From Pseudomonadota bacterium (GTDB lineage Bacteria > Pseudomonadota > Gammaproteobacteria > Burkholderiales > Rhodocyclaceae): a stretch of DNA of 64,000 nt. Made by a program: the position numbers and the translations under genes. The notes beneath the pieces were generated by a model that saw only the letters and a program-made list of their open reading frames with translations, was not told the DNA's origin and did no database searches. How positions within the stretch are numbered: position 1 is the stretch's first letter; each line of letters begins with the position of its first letter. The stretch lies in assembly GCA_018241695.1 (NCBI GenBank), contig JAFEDH010000026.1, positions 26,302 through 90,301 on the forward strand, written 5' to 3'. Shown piece after piece: positions 9,895 through 19,278 of this stretch.

Positions 9895-12285
9895 ATGTTG
9901 AAGCTGAAAATCCGTAGCATTTTTCTTGTGCTGGCCGCCATGGGCACGACGGCTCTGGCCCAGACGGCCGCCACACCGGATACGGTGCTGCCACACCCCG
10001 ATCCGGTGTTTCACGGCAAGATCGGTCGCACGGTGGCGGATTCCCGGGCCGATTACCCCAAGAGCGTGAAGGCGCCCAAGGGGGCGCCCAACATCCTGCT
10101 CGTCATGACCGACGATGTGGGTTTTTCCGCATCCAGCGCTTTCGGGGGCGAGATACCCACGCCCAATCTGGATCATCTGGCGCATGACGGCCTGCGCTAT
10201 AACCGCTTCCATACCACCGCCATGTGCTCGCCCACCCGGGCAGCCCTGCTCACCGGGCGTAATCATCACGAAGTCGGCACCGCGACGGTGACCGACCTGG
10301 CTTCCGGATACCCTGGCTATAACGGCATCATCCCGCACAACGCGACACCGATTGCCCGCATCCTGCGCGACAACGGCTACAGCACGGCGATGTTCGGCAA
10401 ACATCACAATCTGATCCGCACCGAAAACTCCCAGAGCGGCCCCTTCAACCAGTGGCCCAGCGGCCTGGGTTTCGATTATTTCTACGGCTTCATCGGTGGC
10501 GATACCAACCAGATCCATCCCAAGCTTTATCGCAATACCCAGCCGGCAGACCCCGTGCCCAGCCCGGGCTACTTCCTCGATCGCGATCTGGCCGATGACG
10601 CGATCCGCTGGATTCACAACCAGAAGGCGGCGGCACAGGACAAGCCCTTCTTCGTCTACTACGCACCCGGCACGGCCCATTCGCCCCATCAGGCGCCGCG
10701 TGAATGGATCGACCGTTTCAAGGGCAAATTCGATCAGGGCTGGGACAAGGTGAGGGAAGAAACCTTCCTCAGGCAAAAGGCCATGGGCGTGATCCCCGCC
10801 GACGCGCAGCTCACCCCCCGTCCGGCCGGTATTCCGGCCTGGGACAGTCTCAGCGCCGACCGCAAAAAGGTGTATGCGCGGATGATGGAAGTCTTTGCCG
10901 GCATGCTCGCTTTTCAGGATAACCAGTTCGGACGGATCGTCGATGAACTCAGGCGCATGGGGCAACTCGACAATACCCTGATCGTGTTCATCGAGGGTGA
11001 TAACGGCGCCAGCGGAGAGGGCACGGAGCAGGGCACGCTCAACGAGATCGCCACGGTGGGCAACGACTTCACCGACAATTTCGATTACATGCTCAAGCAC
11101 ATCGATGACCAGGGTACCGACAGAACCTATCAGATCTACCCGATCGGCTGGGCCTGGGCCATGGACACACCTTTCCAGTGGGTGAAGCAGATCGCGTCCC
11201 ATCTGGGCGGCACCCGCAACGGCCTGGTCATTTCCTGGCCGCAACACATCAAGGCACATGGCGAAGTGCGCAGCCAGTTCCATCATGTGATCGACATCAC
11301 GCCGACCCTGCTCGATCTGGTGGGGCTGCCCCAGCCCACCGAGGTGGACGGCGTGCCCCAGGCGCACATGGAAGGGGTCAGCATGGCCTATACCTTTGAC
11401 GATGCCAAGGCGGCGGATCGCCGCACCAAGCAGTATTTCGAGCTGCTGGGCAACCGCGCGCTGTATCAGGATGGCTGGCTGGTGAATACCACGCCGCGGC
11501 GCATGCCCTGGATGAAATCGCCCCGCGGCAAGAAGAGTGACGATGATTACGAGTGGGAACTCTACGATCTCGATCATGACTACAGCCAGTCCCGCAACCT
11601 GGCCAAGGAAATGCCGGACAAGCTGAAGGCCATGGAGGATGCCTGGTGGCAGGAAGCGGCGCGCAATCAGGTGTTGCCGGTCGATGACGATGTCCAGTCG
11701 CGCGACCGCATGGCGGCGATGATCACCATGCGCATGGGCGAACGCAGCGAGTACACCTACTGGGCGCGGGATACCAGCGTGGCGGTGGATGCCGCGCCCA
11801 TGATGGGCAGCCGTTCGTTCTCGGTGCTTGCCAGGGTGACGGTACCCAAGAAGGGTGGCGAAGGCGTGCTCATGGCTGTCGGCAGCCGCATGGGTGGCTG
11901 GGCCTTCTATCTCAAGGACGGCAAGCCGGTGGCCTTGCACGCCTTCTCCCACGAGCCCCAGGATCAGTTCCGTATCGCCGGAAAAACCCGGGTTCCGTCC
12001 GGCAAGGCGCTGATCCGTTATGACTTCGACTATGCCGGCGGTGGATTGCAAAAAGGTGGCATCCTGCATATCTCCGTCAATGGCAAGGAGGTCGCCAGCG
12101 GCCCGGTCGGCCGTACCATCATCGTCCCCGCCGGCCTCGGAGAAACGCTGGACATCGGCCGCGACACGGGGCTCACGGTGAGCACCGAGTACAGCGGTAA
12201 CGGAGCCTTCAATGGGGATATCGAGCGGGTCGACATCAAGGTGGCTCCCTTGATGCAGGCCGCCAGGCTGAGCGCCACGCCGTGA
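9895..12285 (+). CDS. Arylsulfatase, paralogue 3
   Basis: The ORF is open from 9832. I prefer ATG 9895 (MLKLKIRSIFLVLAAMGTTALAQT signal peptide, GGAGAGG SD upstream). MCSPTRAALLTGRNHH signature. Very similar to paralogue 2 along its whole length. Confidence 0.85.
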   Translation: MLKLKIRSIFLVLAAMGTTALAQTAATPDTVLPHPDPVFHGKIGRTVADSRADYPKSVKAPKGAPNILLVMTDDVGFSASSAFGGEIPTPNLDHLAHDGLRYNRFHTTAMCSPTRAALLTGRNHHEVGTATVTDLASGYPGYNGIIPHNATPIARILRDNGYSTAMFGKHHNLIRTENSQSGPFNQWPSGLGFDYFYGFIGGDTNQIHPKLYRNTQPADPVPSPGYFLDRDLADDAIRWIHNQKAAAQDKPFFVYYAPGTAHSPHQAPREWIDRFKGKFDQGWDKVREETFLRQKAMGVIPADAQLTPRPAGIPAWDSLSADRKKVYARMMEVFAGMLAFQDNQFGRIVDELRRMGQLDNTLIVFIEGDNGASGEGTEQGTLNEIATVGNDFTDNFDYMLKHIDDQGTDRTYQIYPIGWAWAMDTPFQWVKQIASHLGGTRNGLVISWPQHIKAHGEVRSQFHHVIDITPTLLDLVGLPQPTEVDGVPQAHMEGVSMAYTFDDAKAADRRTKQYFELLGNRALYQDGWLVNTTPRRMPWMKSPRGKKSDDDYEWELYDLDHDYSQSRNLAKEMPDKLKAMEDAWWQEAARNQVLPVDDDVQSRDRMAAMITMRMGERSEYTYWARDTSVAVDAAPMMGSRSFSVLARVTVPKKGGEGVLMAVGSRMGGWAFYLKDGKPVALHAFSHEPQDQFRIAGKTRVPSGKALIRYDFDYAGGGLQKGGILHISVNGKEVASGPVGRTIIVPAGLGETLDIGRDTGLTVSTEYSGNGAFNGDIERVDIKVAPLMQAARLSATP

Positions 12286-12313
12286 ATCCGGTGTCTTTGC
12301 CCCTCGTCTCCGC

Positions 12314-14536
12314 GTGAAGGCCTGGTTGCGCCTCCTCCTCGCGGGGGCGGTTTCTCTGCTGCTGGCGGCGGCTCACGCGGCATCGGTGCCAGCAGCGGGT
12401 AACGCCACCTACGTGGGCAGCGCCCGCTGCGCCACCTGCCATGCCGATGCAATGGCGCAGTGGCGCACGTCCGATCATGCCAAGTCGATGCAGGTCGCGA
12501 CGGCGGAAACCGTACTGGGACATTTCGATGGCAGCACCACGCGCCAGGGCGGGGCGCCGGTGACATTTTCGGTGAAGGATGGTGCCTATCTGGCTCACGC
12601 CATCGGCGAGGATGGTCAGGCCCGCGATTACCCGGTGCGCCATACCTTTGGTTTTTATCCGCTGCAGCAGTATCTGGTGGAGTTGTCCGGTGGCCGGCTG
12701 CAGGCGTTGGGCGCGGCCTGGGACAGCCGTGCGGCGGAGCAGGGAGGGCAGCGCTGGTATGACCTCAACCCGGAACTGAAACTCGCACCCGGCGATCCGC
12801 TGCACTGGACGGGGCGCGATCAGAACTGGAATTTTATGTGCGCCGACTGCCATTCCACGGGTGTGCGGCGCAATTACGATCTCAAGGCCCGGCGTTACGA
12901 CACGACCTGGCGCGAGATCAATGTCTCCTGCGAGGCCTGCCACGGTCCCGGTTCACGTCATGTGGCCTGGGCCGGTGGTGCGCGTGATCCGGGCGAAGCC
13001 GACAAGGGTTTGCTGGTGTCGCTGCACGCCGGGCGCGATCTGAACTGGACATTTTCCCGGCCGGAACAATTCATTGCCGCGCCTTCGGGCCCGATTGCGG
13101 CAGCCCGGCATGAAGTCGATGCCTGCTTCCCCTGTCACGCGCGGCGCCAGCCCTTGTCCGATACGCCGACGCCTGGCAAGCCCTTTCTCGACAACTATCT
13201 GCCCAGCCTGATCGAGCGCAACCTTTACTTTCCCGATGGCCAGATCAAGGACGAGGTGTTCGAGTTCGGCTCCTTCACCCAGAGCGCCATGTATCGTGCC
13301 GGCGTGACCTGTTCCAACTGTCACGCGCCTCACACGCTCAAGCTGCGGGCGACCGGCAACACCCTGTGCGCCCAGTGTCATCAGGCCGATCATTACGACA
13401 GGGTGGAGCATTATCACCATCCCATCGGCAGTAGCGGCGCCCAGTGCGTGAATTGCCACATGCCTCACAAGACCTATATGGGCGTCGATGTACGGCGGGA
13501 TCACAGCCTGCGCATTCCACGTCCCGATCTGAGCGTCCGGCTCGGCACGCCCAATGCCTGCACCCAGTGCCATGCCGATCACAGCGCCCAGTGGGCCGCC
13601 GATACGGTGGCTGGCTGGCGTGGTGGCAAGCCACCCAGGGATCATTTCGCTCCGGCCATCGATGCGGCCTGGCTCGACAGTCCGGCAGCGGACCGCCTGC
13701 TGGGGGCGCTGATGGCCCGTGGCGATGCGCCGGGCATCATCCGGGGATCGGCAGCAAGCCAGTTGCGCGATCCGGCGGCCCTGACGCGCGCGGCCCGGGA
13801 CGAGGATCCCATCGTCCGTCTGGGCGCGGCACGTGGCCTGGAAGCCTTGCCGCCCGATCAGGCAGCCCGGGCAGGGGCCGCGCTGCTGGCCGATCCGCTC
13901 CGGGCAGTGCGGGTCGAGGCGGCGCGCAGTCTGACTGGTGTTTCCCTCGATGCCAGGGCAGCGACCCACTTCAAGAAGGCGCAAGGCGAACTTTTCGCCA
14001 TGGAACAGGCTGCCGCGGACCGTCCCGAATCACACCTGAATCTGGCCCGCCTTCATGCCCGGCTGGGACAGTTTGCCCAGGCGGAAAAGGAACTCCGGCT
14101 AGCTTTGAGCCTTGATCCGCGCTTTGTGCCGGCACTGGTCAATCTGGCCGATCTGTACCGCGAAACGGGGCGTGATGCGCTGGGGGAATCGCTCTTGCAA
14201 AAGGCTGTGCGCTATGCCCCCGATCATCCCGAAGCACTCCATGCCCTGGGTCTGCTCAAGGTGCGTCAGGGCAGGCGCGAGGAGGCATTGGCTCTGCTCG
14301 CCCGCTCGGTCCGGGTGGGTGGTGCCGAACCGCGTTATGCCTATGTGTATGGAGTGGCGCTGGCGGAGACGGGTGCCGGTGACAAGGCGCTGGCGGTGAT
14401 CGACCAGGCGCTGCGCCAGTCGCCACAAAACGCCAGCCTGCTCCAGGCCCGCATCGCGCTGGAACGCCAGCTCGGACGACAGGCGGATGCAGCCCGTCAT
14501 CAGCGCGAATTTCAGCGACTGGCAGAAGGGCAATGA
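12314..14536 (+). CDS. Octahaem c-type cytochrome with C-terminal HEAT/TPR repeat region
   Basis: 740 aa, GTG start, signal peptide. Eight CxxCH motifs (CATCH, CADCH, CEACH, CFPCH, CSNCH, CAQCH, CVNCH, CTQCH) in the first ~430 aa. The C-terminal ~300 aa are Ala/Leu-rich helical repeats of TPR type (LNLARLHARLGQFAQAEKELRLALSLDPRFVPALVNLADLY...). Confidence 0.8.
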   Translation: MKAWLRLLLAGAVSLLLAAAHAASVPAAGNATYVGSARCATCHADAMAQWRTSDHAKSMQVATAETVLGHFDGSTTRQGGAPVTFSVKDGAYLAHAIGEDGQARDYPVRHTFGFYPLQQYLVELSGGRLQALGAAWDSRAAEQGGQRWYDLNPELKLAPGDPLHWTGRDQNWNFMCADCHSTGVRRNYDLKARRYDTTWREINVSCEACHGPGSRHVAWAGGARDPGEADKGLLVSLHAGRDLNWTFSRPEQFIAAPSGPIAAARHEVDACFPCHARRQPLSDTPTPGKPFLDNYLPSLIERNLYFPDGQIKDEVFEFGSFTQSAMYRAGVTCSNCHAPHTLKLRATGNTLCAQCHQADHYDRVEHYHHPIGSSGAQCVNCHMPHKTYMGVDVRRDHSLRIPRPDLSVRLGTPNACTQCHADHSAQWAADTVAGWRGGKPPRDHFAPAIDAAWLDSPAADRLLGALMARGDAPGIIRGSAASQLRDPAALTRAARDEDPIVRLGAARGLEALPPDQAARAGAALLADPLRAVRVEAARSLTGVSLDARAATHFKKAQGELFAMEQAAADRPESHLNLARLHARLGQFAQAEKELRLALSLDPRFVPALVNLADLYRETGRDALGESLLQKAVRYAPDHPEALHALGLLKVRQGRREEALALLARSVRVGGAEPRYAYVYGVALAETGAGDKALAVIDQALRQSPQNASLLQARIALERQLGRQADAARHQREFQRLAEGQ

Positions 14537-14578
14537 GTGGATGCGCCTTGCCTGCTGGCAGTCCGGCGCAGGATTCGT

Positions 14579-14827
14579 TCAGCGTGCCCGCAGCAGACGG
14601 GCATTGAGCACCAGGTTTTCCAGGACCAGCCTGGTGATGGTGGCCGCCGCCATCAGTTCCCGGTCATTCTGGTCCAGCCCCTGATAGGAATCCGAGGCCA
14701 GGAGTTCGGTCACATTGGTGCAGGCCAGGGCACGCAGGGCATCCTCGTCGAAAGGGAGATCGGCATAATCGATGGGGTCTTCCACCTCGATCTCCCGCAG
14801 CAGATCCAGCAAGGCGTCGGGTGTCAT
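14579..14827 (-). CDS. Hypothetical small acidic protein (82 aa)
   Basis: Strong SD (AAGGAGGG 7 nt before the ATG) and coding-like codon usage. I recognise no family. Confidence 0.5.
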   Translation of the reverse strand: MTPDALLDLLREIEVEDPIDYADLPFDEDALRALACTNVTELLASDSYQGLDQNDRELMAAATITRLVLENLVLNARLLRAR

Positions 14828-14964
14828 GCGGTTCCCTCCTTGGCGATGCAGTCCTCACGGTAAAGGTTCGCGGTCGCCGTCGATCCGTCGATGAAGCCCG
14901 GAGTGTCGGTGCAGCTTACCGGTTTGCGCCCTGCCGGAGATTTCTGCCCGGCCCCTGAAATGCC

Positions 14965-15019
14965 TTGACAAGCCTTGCCGCCTCCTTTAATTTACCTAAT
15001 GGTTAAATAAAGGAGGCGG
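14965..15019 (+). promoter_or_regulatory. Candidate sigma-70 promoter overlapped by a 42-nt near-perfect palindrome (probable ArsR-family operator)
   Basis: TTGACA (14965-14970), 17 nt, TAATTT (14988-14993). The palindrome arms CCGCCTCCTTTA (14978-14989) and TAAAGGAGGCGG (15008-15019) are perfect 12-mers, with about 6 further pairings inside. The right arm contains the SD of the 15023 gene. Confidence 0.5.
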
Positions 15020-15022
15020 GCC

Positions 15023-15490
15023 ATGGAATCAGGGCAGAACGAGGTATCAGACGATGTGGCCGGGCGCGCCAGCATCACGTCCCGCCGGATTGCCGCACCC
15101 CGGGCACGTGTGTTCCGCGCTTTCACCGACCCTGCGCGACTGGCCCTCTGGTGGGGTCCCAGGGGCTTCAGCAACACCTTCCACGAATTCGACCTCAGGC
15201 CGGGTGGGTATTGGCGCTTCATCATGCACGGCCCGGACGGTACCGACTATCCCAACGAGAGCGTGTTCGTCGAGGTGACAGCACCGGAGCGGGTGGTACT
15301 GCGCCATCTCAACGGCCACCATTTCGTGTTGACCATCTGCTTCACCGAATGCGAAGGTGGCACCGAGGTTGGCTGGTGCCAGGCCTTCGACACGCCCGAG
15401 CACTGGCGACGCATTGCCGATTTCGTCGCCCATGCGAATGAGGAAAACCTGGACCGGCTGGCGGAGGTGGTTGCCGCGATGGCGGACTGA
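15023..15490 (+). CDS. SRPBCC-superfamily protein (Aha1/activator-of-Hsp90-ATPase-like domain)
   Basis: 155 aa. RVFRAFTDPARLALWWGPRGFSNTFHEFDLRPGGYWRFIMHGPDGTDYPNE is typical of AHSA1-domain proteins that accompany ArsR regulators. Confidence 0.8.
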   Translation: MESGQNEVSDDVAGRASITSRRIAAPRARVFRAFTDPARLALWWGPRGFSNTFHEFDLRPGGYWRFIMHGPDGTDYPNESVFVEVTAPERVVLRHLNGHHFVLTICFTECEGGTEVGWCQAFDTPEHWRRIADFVAHANEENLDRLAEVVAAMAD

Positions 15491-15501
15491 GGGACCGCGC
15501 G

Positions 15502-15840
15502 ATGGTTGCCGATGCCCTCAGTGCCACGTTTTCCGCCCTGGCCGACCCGACCCGGCGCGCCATTCTTGCCCGACTCGCAGGGGGTGAGGCGACGGTGACG
15601 GAACTGGCGGAGCCCTTTGCCATGACCCTGCCGGCAGTGACCAAGCACCTCAAGGTGCTGGAACGGGCCGGGCTGATTCGCCGCAGTCGCGCGGCCCAGT
15701 GGCGACCCTGTCAGCTCGAGGCCGAGCCATTGCGGGAGGCCGCCGATTGGGTGGCGCAGTACCGCCGTTTCTGGGAGGCGCGTTTTGACCGGCTCGAAGC
15801 CTATCTGCGTGATACCCAAGACAAAGAGGAACCACGATGA
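15502..15840 (+). CDS. ArsR/SmtB-family transcriptional regulator
   Basis: 112 aa. FSALADPTRRAILARLAGGEATVTELAEPFAMTLPAVTKHLKVLERAGLI winged HTH. Confidence 0.87.
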   Translation: MVADALSATFSALADPTRRAILARLAGGEATVTELAEPFAMTLPAVTKHLKVLERAGLIRRSRAAQWRPCQLEAEPLREAADWVAQYRRFWEARFDRLEAYLRDTQDKEEPR

Positions 15841-16463
15841 ATCCCACTGCCACCGGTAGCGTGCAGCACGAAACCATCAGCATCCGGCGCCACTTCACGG
15901 CCGAGCCGTCCAGGGTTTTTGCCGCCTGGTCCCGGGCCGATGCGAAGCAGCAATGGTTTGGCCGTCACGAAGGCTGGGCCACTCTGGAATACTCGCTCGA
16001 TTTCCGGGTCGGCGGGCGGGAGATCAACCGTGCCCGGCCACCGGGAGATGTGGTGCACCAGTACGATGCCCGCTATGAGGACATCGTGCCCGAACGGCGT
16101 CTGGTGGCTGCCTACACCATGACGCTGGGAGAGGTGCGTATCTCCTCGTCACTGATGACCGTGGAGTTCCTCGCGGAAGGGACGGGCACCTGCCTTCTGT
16201 TCACCGAGCAGATTGCGGTACTGGACGGCAATTACCCGGCTACGGGGCGACGCGAAGGCTGGGAGCTGTTGCTGGACGGGCTGGCAGCCGCGATCCGGTG
16301 CCTGAGCCCGGCCTTCAGTCTTCCTGCTCGGGATAGGCCGAGTGCAGTTCCTCGAGAAGTTGACGGTAGATATCCTTCACCTGGGTCTCGCTGCATCCCA
16401 TCAGCACGGCATCATCCAGGGCGTCTTGCACCAGCTGGCGGATTTCGCCGTAGTTCTGGTTGA
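15837..16463 (+). CDS. SRPBCC-superfamily protein (Aha1-like), with an abnormal C-terminal extension
   Basis: 4-nt overlap with the ArsR gene. The domain ends near LLLDGLAAAI (about 16300). The remaining ~55 codons are Arg/Pro/Ser-rich and run antisense through the 16315-16554 gene. Confidence 0.7.
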   Translation: MNPTATGSVQHETISIRRHFTAEPSRVFAAWSRADAKQQWFGRHEGWATLEYSLDFRVGGREINRARPPGDVVHQYDARYEDIVPERRLVAAYTMTLGEVRISSSLMTVEFLAEGTGTCLLFTEQIAVLDGNYPATGRREGWELLLDGLAAAIRCLSPAFSLPARDRPSAVPREVDGRYPSPGSRCIPSARHHPGRLAPAGGFRRSSG

Positions 16464-16554
16464 GTACCTTGATCTTTTCGGTGCAGGAAACGGGAGCACC
16501 ATCCGGCTTGCGCCAGATGTGCGCACCCTTGCCGCCACGCGGAGTGCTGCTCAT
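16315..16554 (-). CDS. Hypothetical small protein (79 aa), translationally coupled to cysK
   Basis: ATGA overlap with the cysK stop. Good GC3-rich codon usage. No family recognised. Confidence 0.55.
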   Translation of the reverse strand: MSSTPRGGKGAHIWRKPDGAPVSCTEKIKVLNQNYGEIRQLVQDALDDAVLMGCSETQVKDIYRQLLEELHSAYPEQED

Positions 16555-17486
16555 GAGGCCAGATGCTCGTACAGCTTGGTGGAAAGATAGCGCTCGCCAA
16601 AGGAGGGGATGATGACCACGATCATTTTCCCTGCCGACTCCGGACGCCGGGCCACCTGGAGCGCCGCCCAGACCGCGGCGCCGGAGGAAATGCCCACCAG
16701 CAGGCCCTCGCGGGTGGCCATGGTGCGCGCCGTATCGATCGAATCGTCATTGCTGACGCGGATCACTTCGTCATAGATTCCGGTGTTGAGTATGGCCGGG
16801 ATGAATCCGGCGCCGAGTCCCTGAATCAGATGGGGGCCCTTCTGGCCGCCGGAGAGCACCGGGCTGGCATCGGGTTCCACGGCCACCATTCGCAGACCGG
16901 GCTTGCGCTTCTTGAGCACTTCACCGATACCGGTGATGGTGCCTCCGGTGCCAATGCCGGAAACCACGATATCCACCTGGCCGTCGGTGTCGCGCCAGAT
17001 TTCCTCCGCGGTGGTCTTGCGGTGGATTTCGGGGTTGGCCGGATTCTCGAATTGCTGGGGCATGAAGAAATCGGGGCCGGAATCAATCAGTTCTCCGGCC
17101 CGGGCGATGGCGCCGTTCATGCCCTCGGCGGCAGGTGTCAGCACCAGTTCCGCACCGTAGGCGCGTAGCAGCATCCGCCGCTCGCGGCTCATGCTTTCCG
17201 GCATGGTGAGAATCAGCCGGTAGCCTTTGGCGGCGGCCACCATGGCCAGGCCGATACCGGTATTGCCGCTGGTGGGCTCCACCAGAGTGGTTTTCCCGGG
17301 GGTGATCTTTCCTGCCTGCTCGGCGGCCTCGACCATCGCAATCGCGATGCGGTCCTTCACGCTGTGGCTCGGGTTGAAGTATTCCAGCTTGGCGACCACC
17401 GTGGCCGGCAGACCGGCGGCGAGCCGGTTGATGCGCACCAGGGGGGTGTTGCCGATCAGATCTGTGACTTGATTGGCGATATTCAT
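16551..17486 (-). CDS. cysK: Cysteine synthase A (O-acetylserine sulfhydrylase)
   Basis: [20 protein letters not shown] (PLP lysine) and [12 protein letters not shown] motifs. Start moved to ATG 17486 (GAGGAG SD upstream) rather than the ORF-track 17504. Confidence 0.9.
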   Translation of the reverse strand: MNIANQVTDLIGNTPLVRINRLAAGLPATVVAKLEYFNPSHSVKDRIAIAMVEAAEQAGKITPGKTTLVEPTSGNTGIGLAMVAAAKGYRLILTMPESMSRERRMLLRAYGAELVLTPAAEGMNGAIARAGELIDSGPDFFMPQQFENPANPEIHRKTTAEEIWRDTDGQVDIVVSGIGTGGTITGIGEVLKKRKPGLRMVAVEPDASPVLSGGQKGPHLIQGLGAGFIPAILNTGIYDEVIRVSNDDSIDTARTMATREGLLVGISSGAAVWAALQVARRPESAGKMIVVIIPSFGERYLSTKLYEHLAS

Positions 17487-17636
17487 GGACGGCGGACTCC
17501 TCATCGGGTCGGGGAAAAAAGGACTTTAGCCCAAGCCGGGGACGCTTGTGGAATTCCGCCTGCTTTTGATGCTGGTGTCGGGGCCGGGACAATCCCTTGC
17601 AATGCTCCCCGTGACGTTTCGGGCACCGGAATTCAA

Positions 17637-19172
17637 TCAGGTGGTACGGCGGGTGAAATCCTTGAGACGAAAGCCCAGTAGCGCCAGGGTGCCCAGATAG
17701 GCGATGGCACCGCTCGCCACCACGATGCCCAGACGCACGGCCTTGTGCCAGCCGGTATGGGTCAGCCAACTTGCCTCGCTGCCCATCAGCAGCCAAAGGC
17801 CGAGCCCCATCACGGCCAGCGCAATGCCCAGGCGCAGGAGGAAGCCGCCCCAGCCTGGCAGGGGAGTGTAGACGCCCCGGGCGCGCAGGCCCCGGTAGAG
17901 CAGCGTGGCGTTGAAGCATGAAGCGAGGCCGATGGACAGTGCCAGCCCGGCATGGTGCAGCCAGCCGATGAAAGCCAGATTCATGAGCTGGGTCAGGGCC
18001 AGGGTGACGAGCGCGATCCTGACCGGGGTTCTGATGTCCTGGCGCGAGTAGAAGCCGGGTGCAAGCACCTTGACCAGAATCAGGCCGGTGAGGCCGACGC
18101 TGTAGGCCACCAGGGCCTGGCGGGTCTGCAGTACGTCGGCAACGGTGAAAGCGCCATGCTGGAACAGGGTGGACAGCAGGGGGATTGCGAGCAGGGCCAG
18201 ACCCAGGGCCGCCGGCAACGTCAGCAGCAGCGTCAGGCGCAGGCCCCAGTCGAGCAGCGCGGAGAATTCTTCCTTCTGGCCGTTGGTGTGGGTCCGGGAA
18301 AGGCTGGGCAGAAGAATGGTGCCCAGGGCCGCGCCGAGCAGACCGGAGGGAAACTCCATCAGCCGGTCGGCGTAATAGAGCCAGGATACGCTGCCGGTGG
18401 CGAGAAAAGAGGCGAAGATGGTGTTGATCAGCAGCGAGATCTGCGACACCGAGACGCCGACCACGGCCGGCGCCATGAGCTTGAGGATACGGCGCACACC
18501 GGGGTCCGTGAGCAGCAGGTCGAAGCGAGGCAGCATGCCGATGCGGGCCAGGGCCGGCACCTGGATCGCGAGTTGCAGCATGCCGCCGGCGAATACGGCC
18601 CATCCCAGTGCCATCACCGGCGGATCGCAATAGGGGGCGCCCAGCAGCGCGCCGCCGATCATGGCCAGGTTGAGCATCACCGGCGTGAAAGCCGGCAGGG
18701 CGAACCGGCTCCAGGTATTGAGGATGCCGGCCGCCAGGGCAACCATGGACATGAACAGGATGTAGGGAAACGTGATCCGGGTCAGGCTCACGGTGAGGGC
18801 GAACTTGTCCCCGTCGCTGGCAAAACCGGGCGCGGTGACATAGATGATGAGCGGGGTGGCGATCATTCCTGCCACGGTGACCGCCAGAACCACGAGAAAC
18901 AGGGCGGTAGCCACATGGTCCACCAGGCGCTTGGTCTCGGCCTCGCCGCGACGGTTGCGGTATTCGGCCAGGATGGGGACGAACGCCTGGGAGAAGGCCC
19001 CTTCGGCGAACAGCCGGCGCAGCAGGTTGGGCAGGCGGAAGGCGACGAAAAACGCATCGGTGGCAAGTCCGGCACCGAAGGCCCGGGCAATGACGAAGTC
19101 ACGGATGAAGCCGAGGATGCGGGACAGGAGCGTCATCCCGCTGACCGTGGCGAGGGCCTTGAGCAGATTCAT
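17637..19172 (-). CDS. murJ: Lipid II flippase MurJ (MviN)
   Basis: 511 aa polytopic membrane protein. The N-terminus [66 protein letters not shown] is characteristic. Confidence 0.9.
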   Translation of the reverse strand: MNLLKALATVSGMTLLSRILGFIRDFVIARAFGAGLATDAFFVAFRLPNLLRRLFAEGAFSQAFVPILAEYRNRRGEAETKRLVDHVATALFLVVLAVTVAGMIATPLIIYVTAPGFASDGDKFALTVSLTRITFPYILFMSMVALAAGILNTWSRFALPAFTPVMLNLAMIGGALLGAPYCDPPVMALGWAVFAGGMLQLAIQVPALARIGMLPRFDLLLTDPGVRRILKLMAPAVVGVSVSQISLLINTIFASFLATGSVSWLYYADRLMEFPSGLLGAALGTILLPSLSRTHTNGQKEEFSALLDWGLRLTLLLTLPAALGLALLAIPLLSTLFQHGAFTVADVLQTRQALVAYSVGLTGLILVKVLAPGFYSRQDIRTPVRIALVTLALTQLMNLAFIGWLHHAGLALSIGLASCFNATLLYRGLRARGVYTPLPGWGGFLLRLGIALAVMGLGLWLLMGSEASWLTHTGWHKAVRLGIVVASGAIAYLGTLALLGFRLKDFTRRTT

Positions 19173-19278
19173 GGGGCGGGATGATAGGGGAGTTATCCGG
19201 ATACGGGGTCTTGCAAATGCCAGGGGTGCGCCCTATAATCGCGCGCTTTTCCAATCCCGGAACCACGGAACCCATTTC

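Noticed and set aside
9874-12069. 731-aa minus-strand ORF
   Set aside because: It is antisense to arylsulfatase paralogue 3. The composition (Arg/Gly/His/Ala-rich, no motifs) is typical of open antisense frames in high-GC DNA, and the plus strand carries unmistakable sulfatase motifs. The same reasoning applies to 5064-6203 and 7780-8976.
17083-19184. 515-aa minus-strand and 410-aa plus-strand ORFs overlapping murJ
   Set aside because: These are alternative or antisense frames of murJ. The sequences are Arg/Pro/Gly/His-rich and lack membrane-protein or any other domain character.
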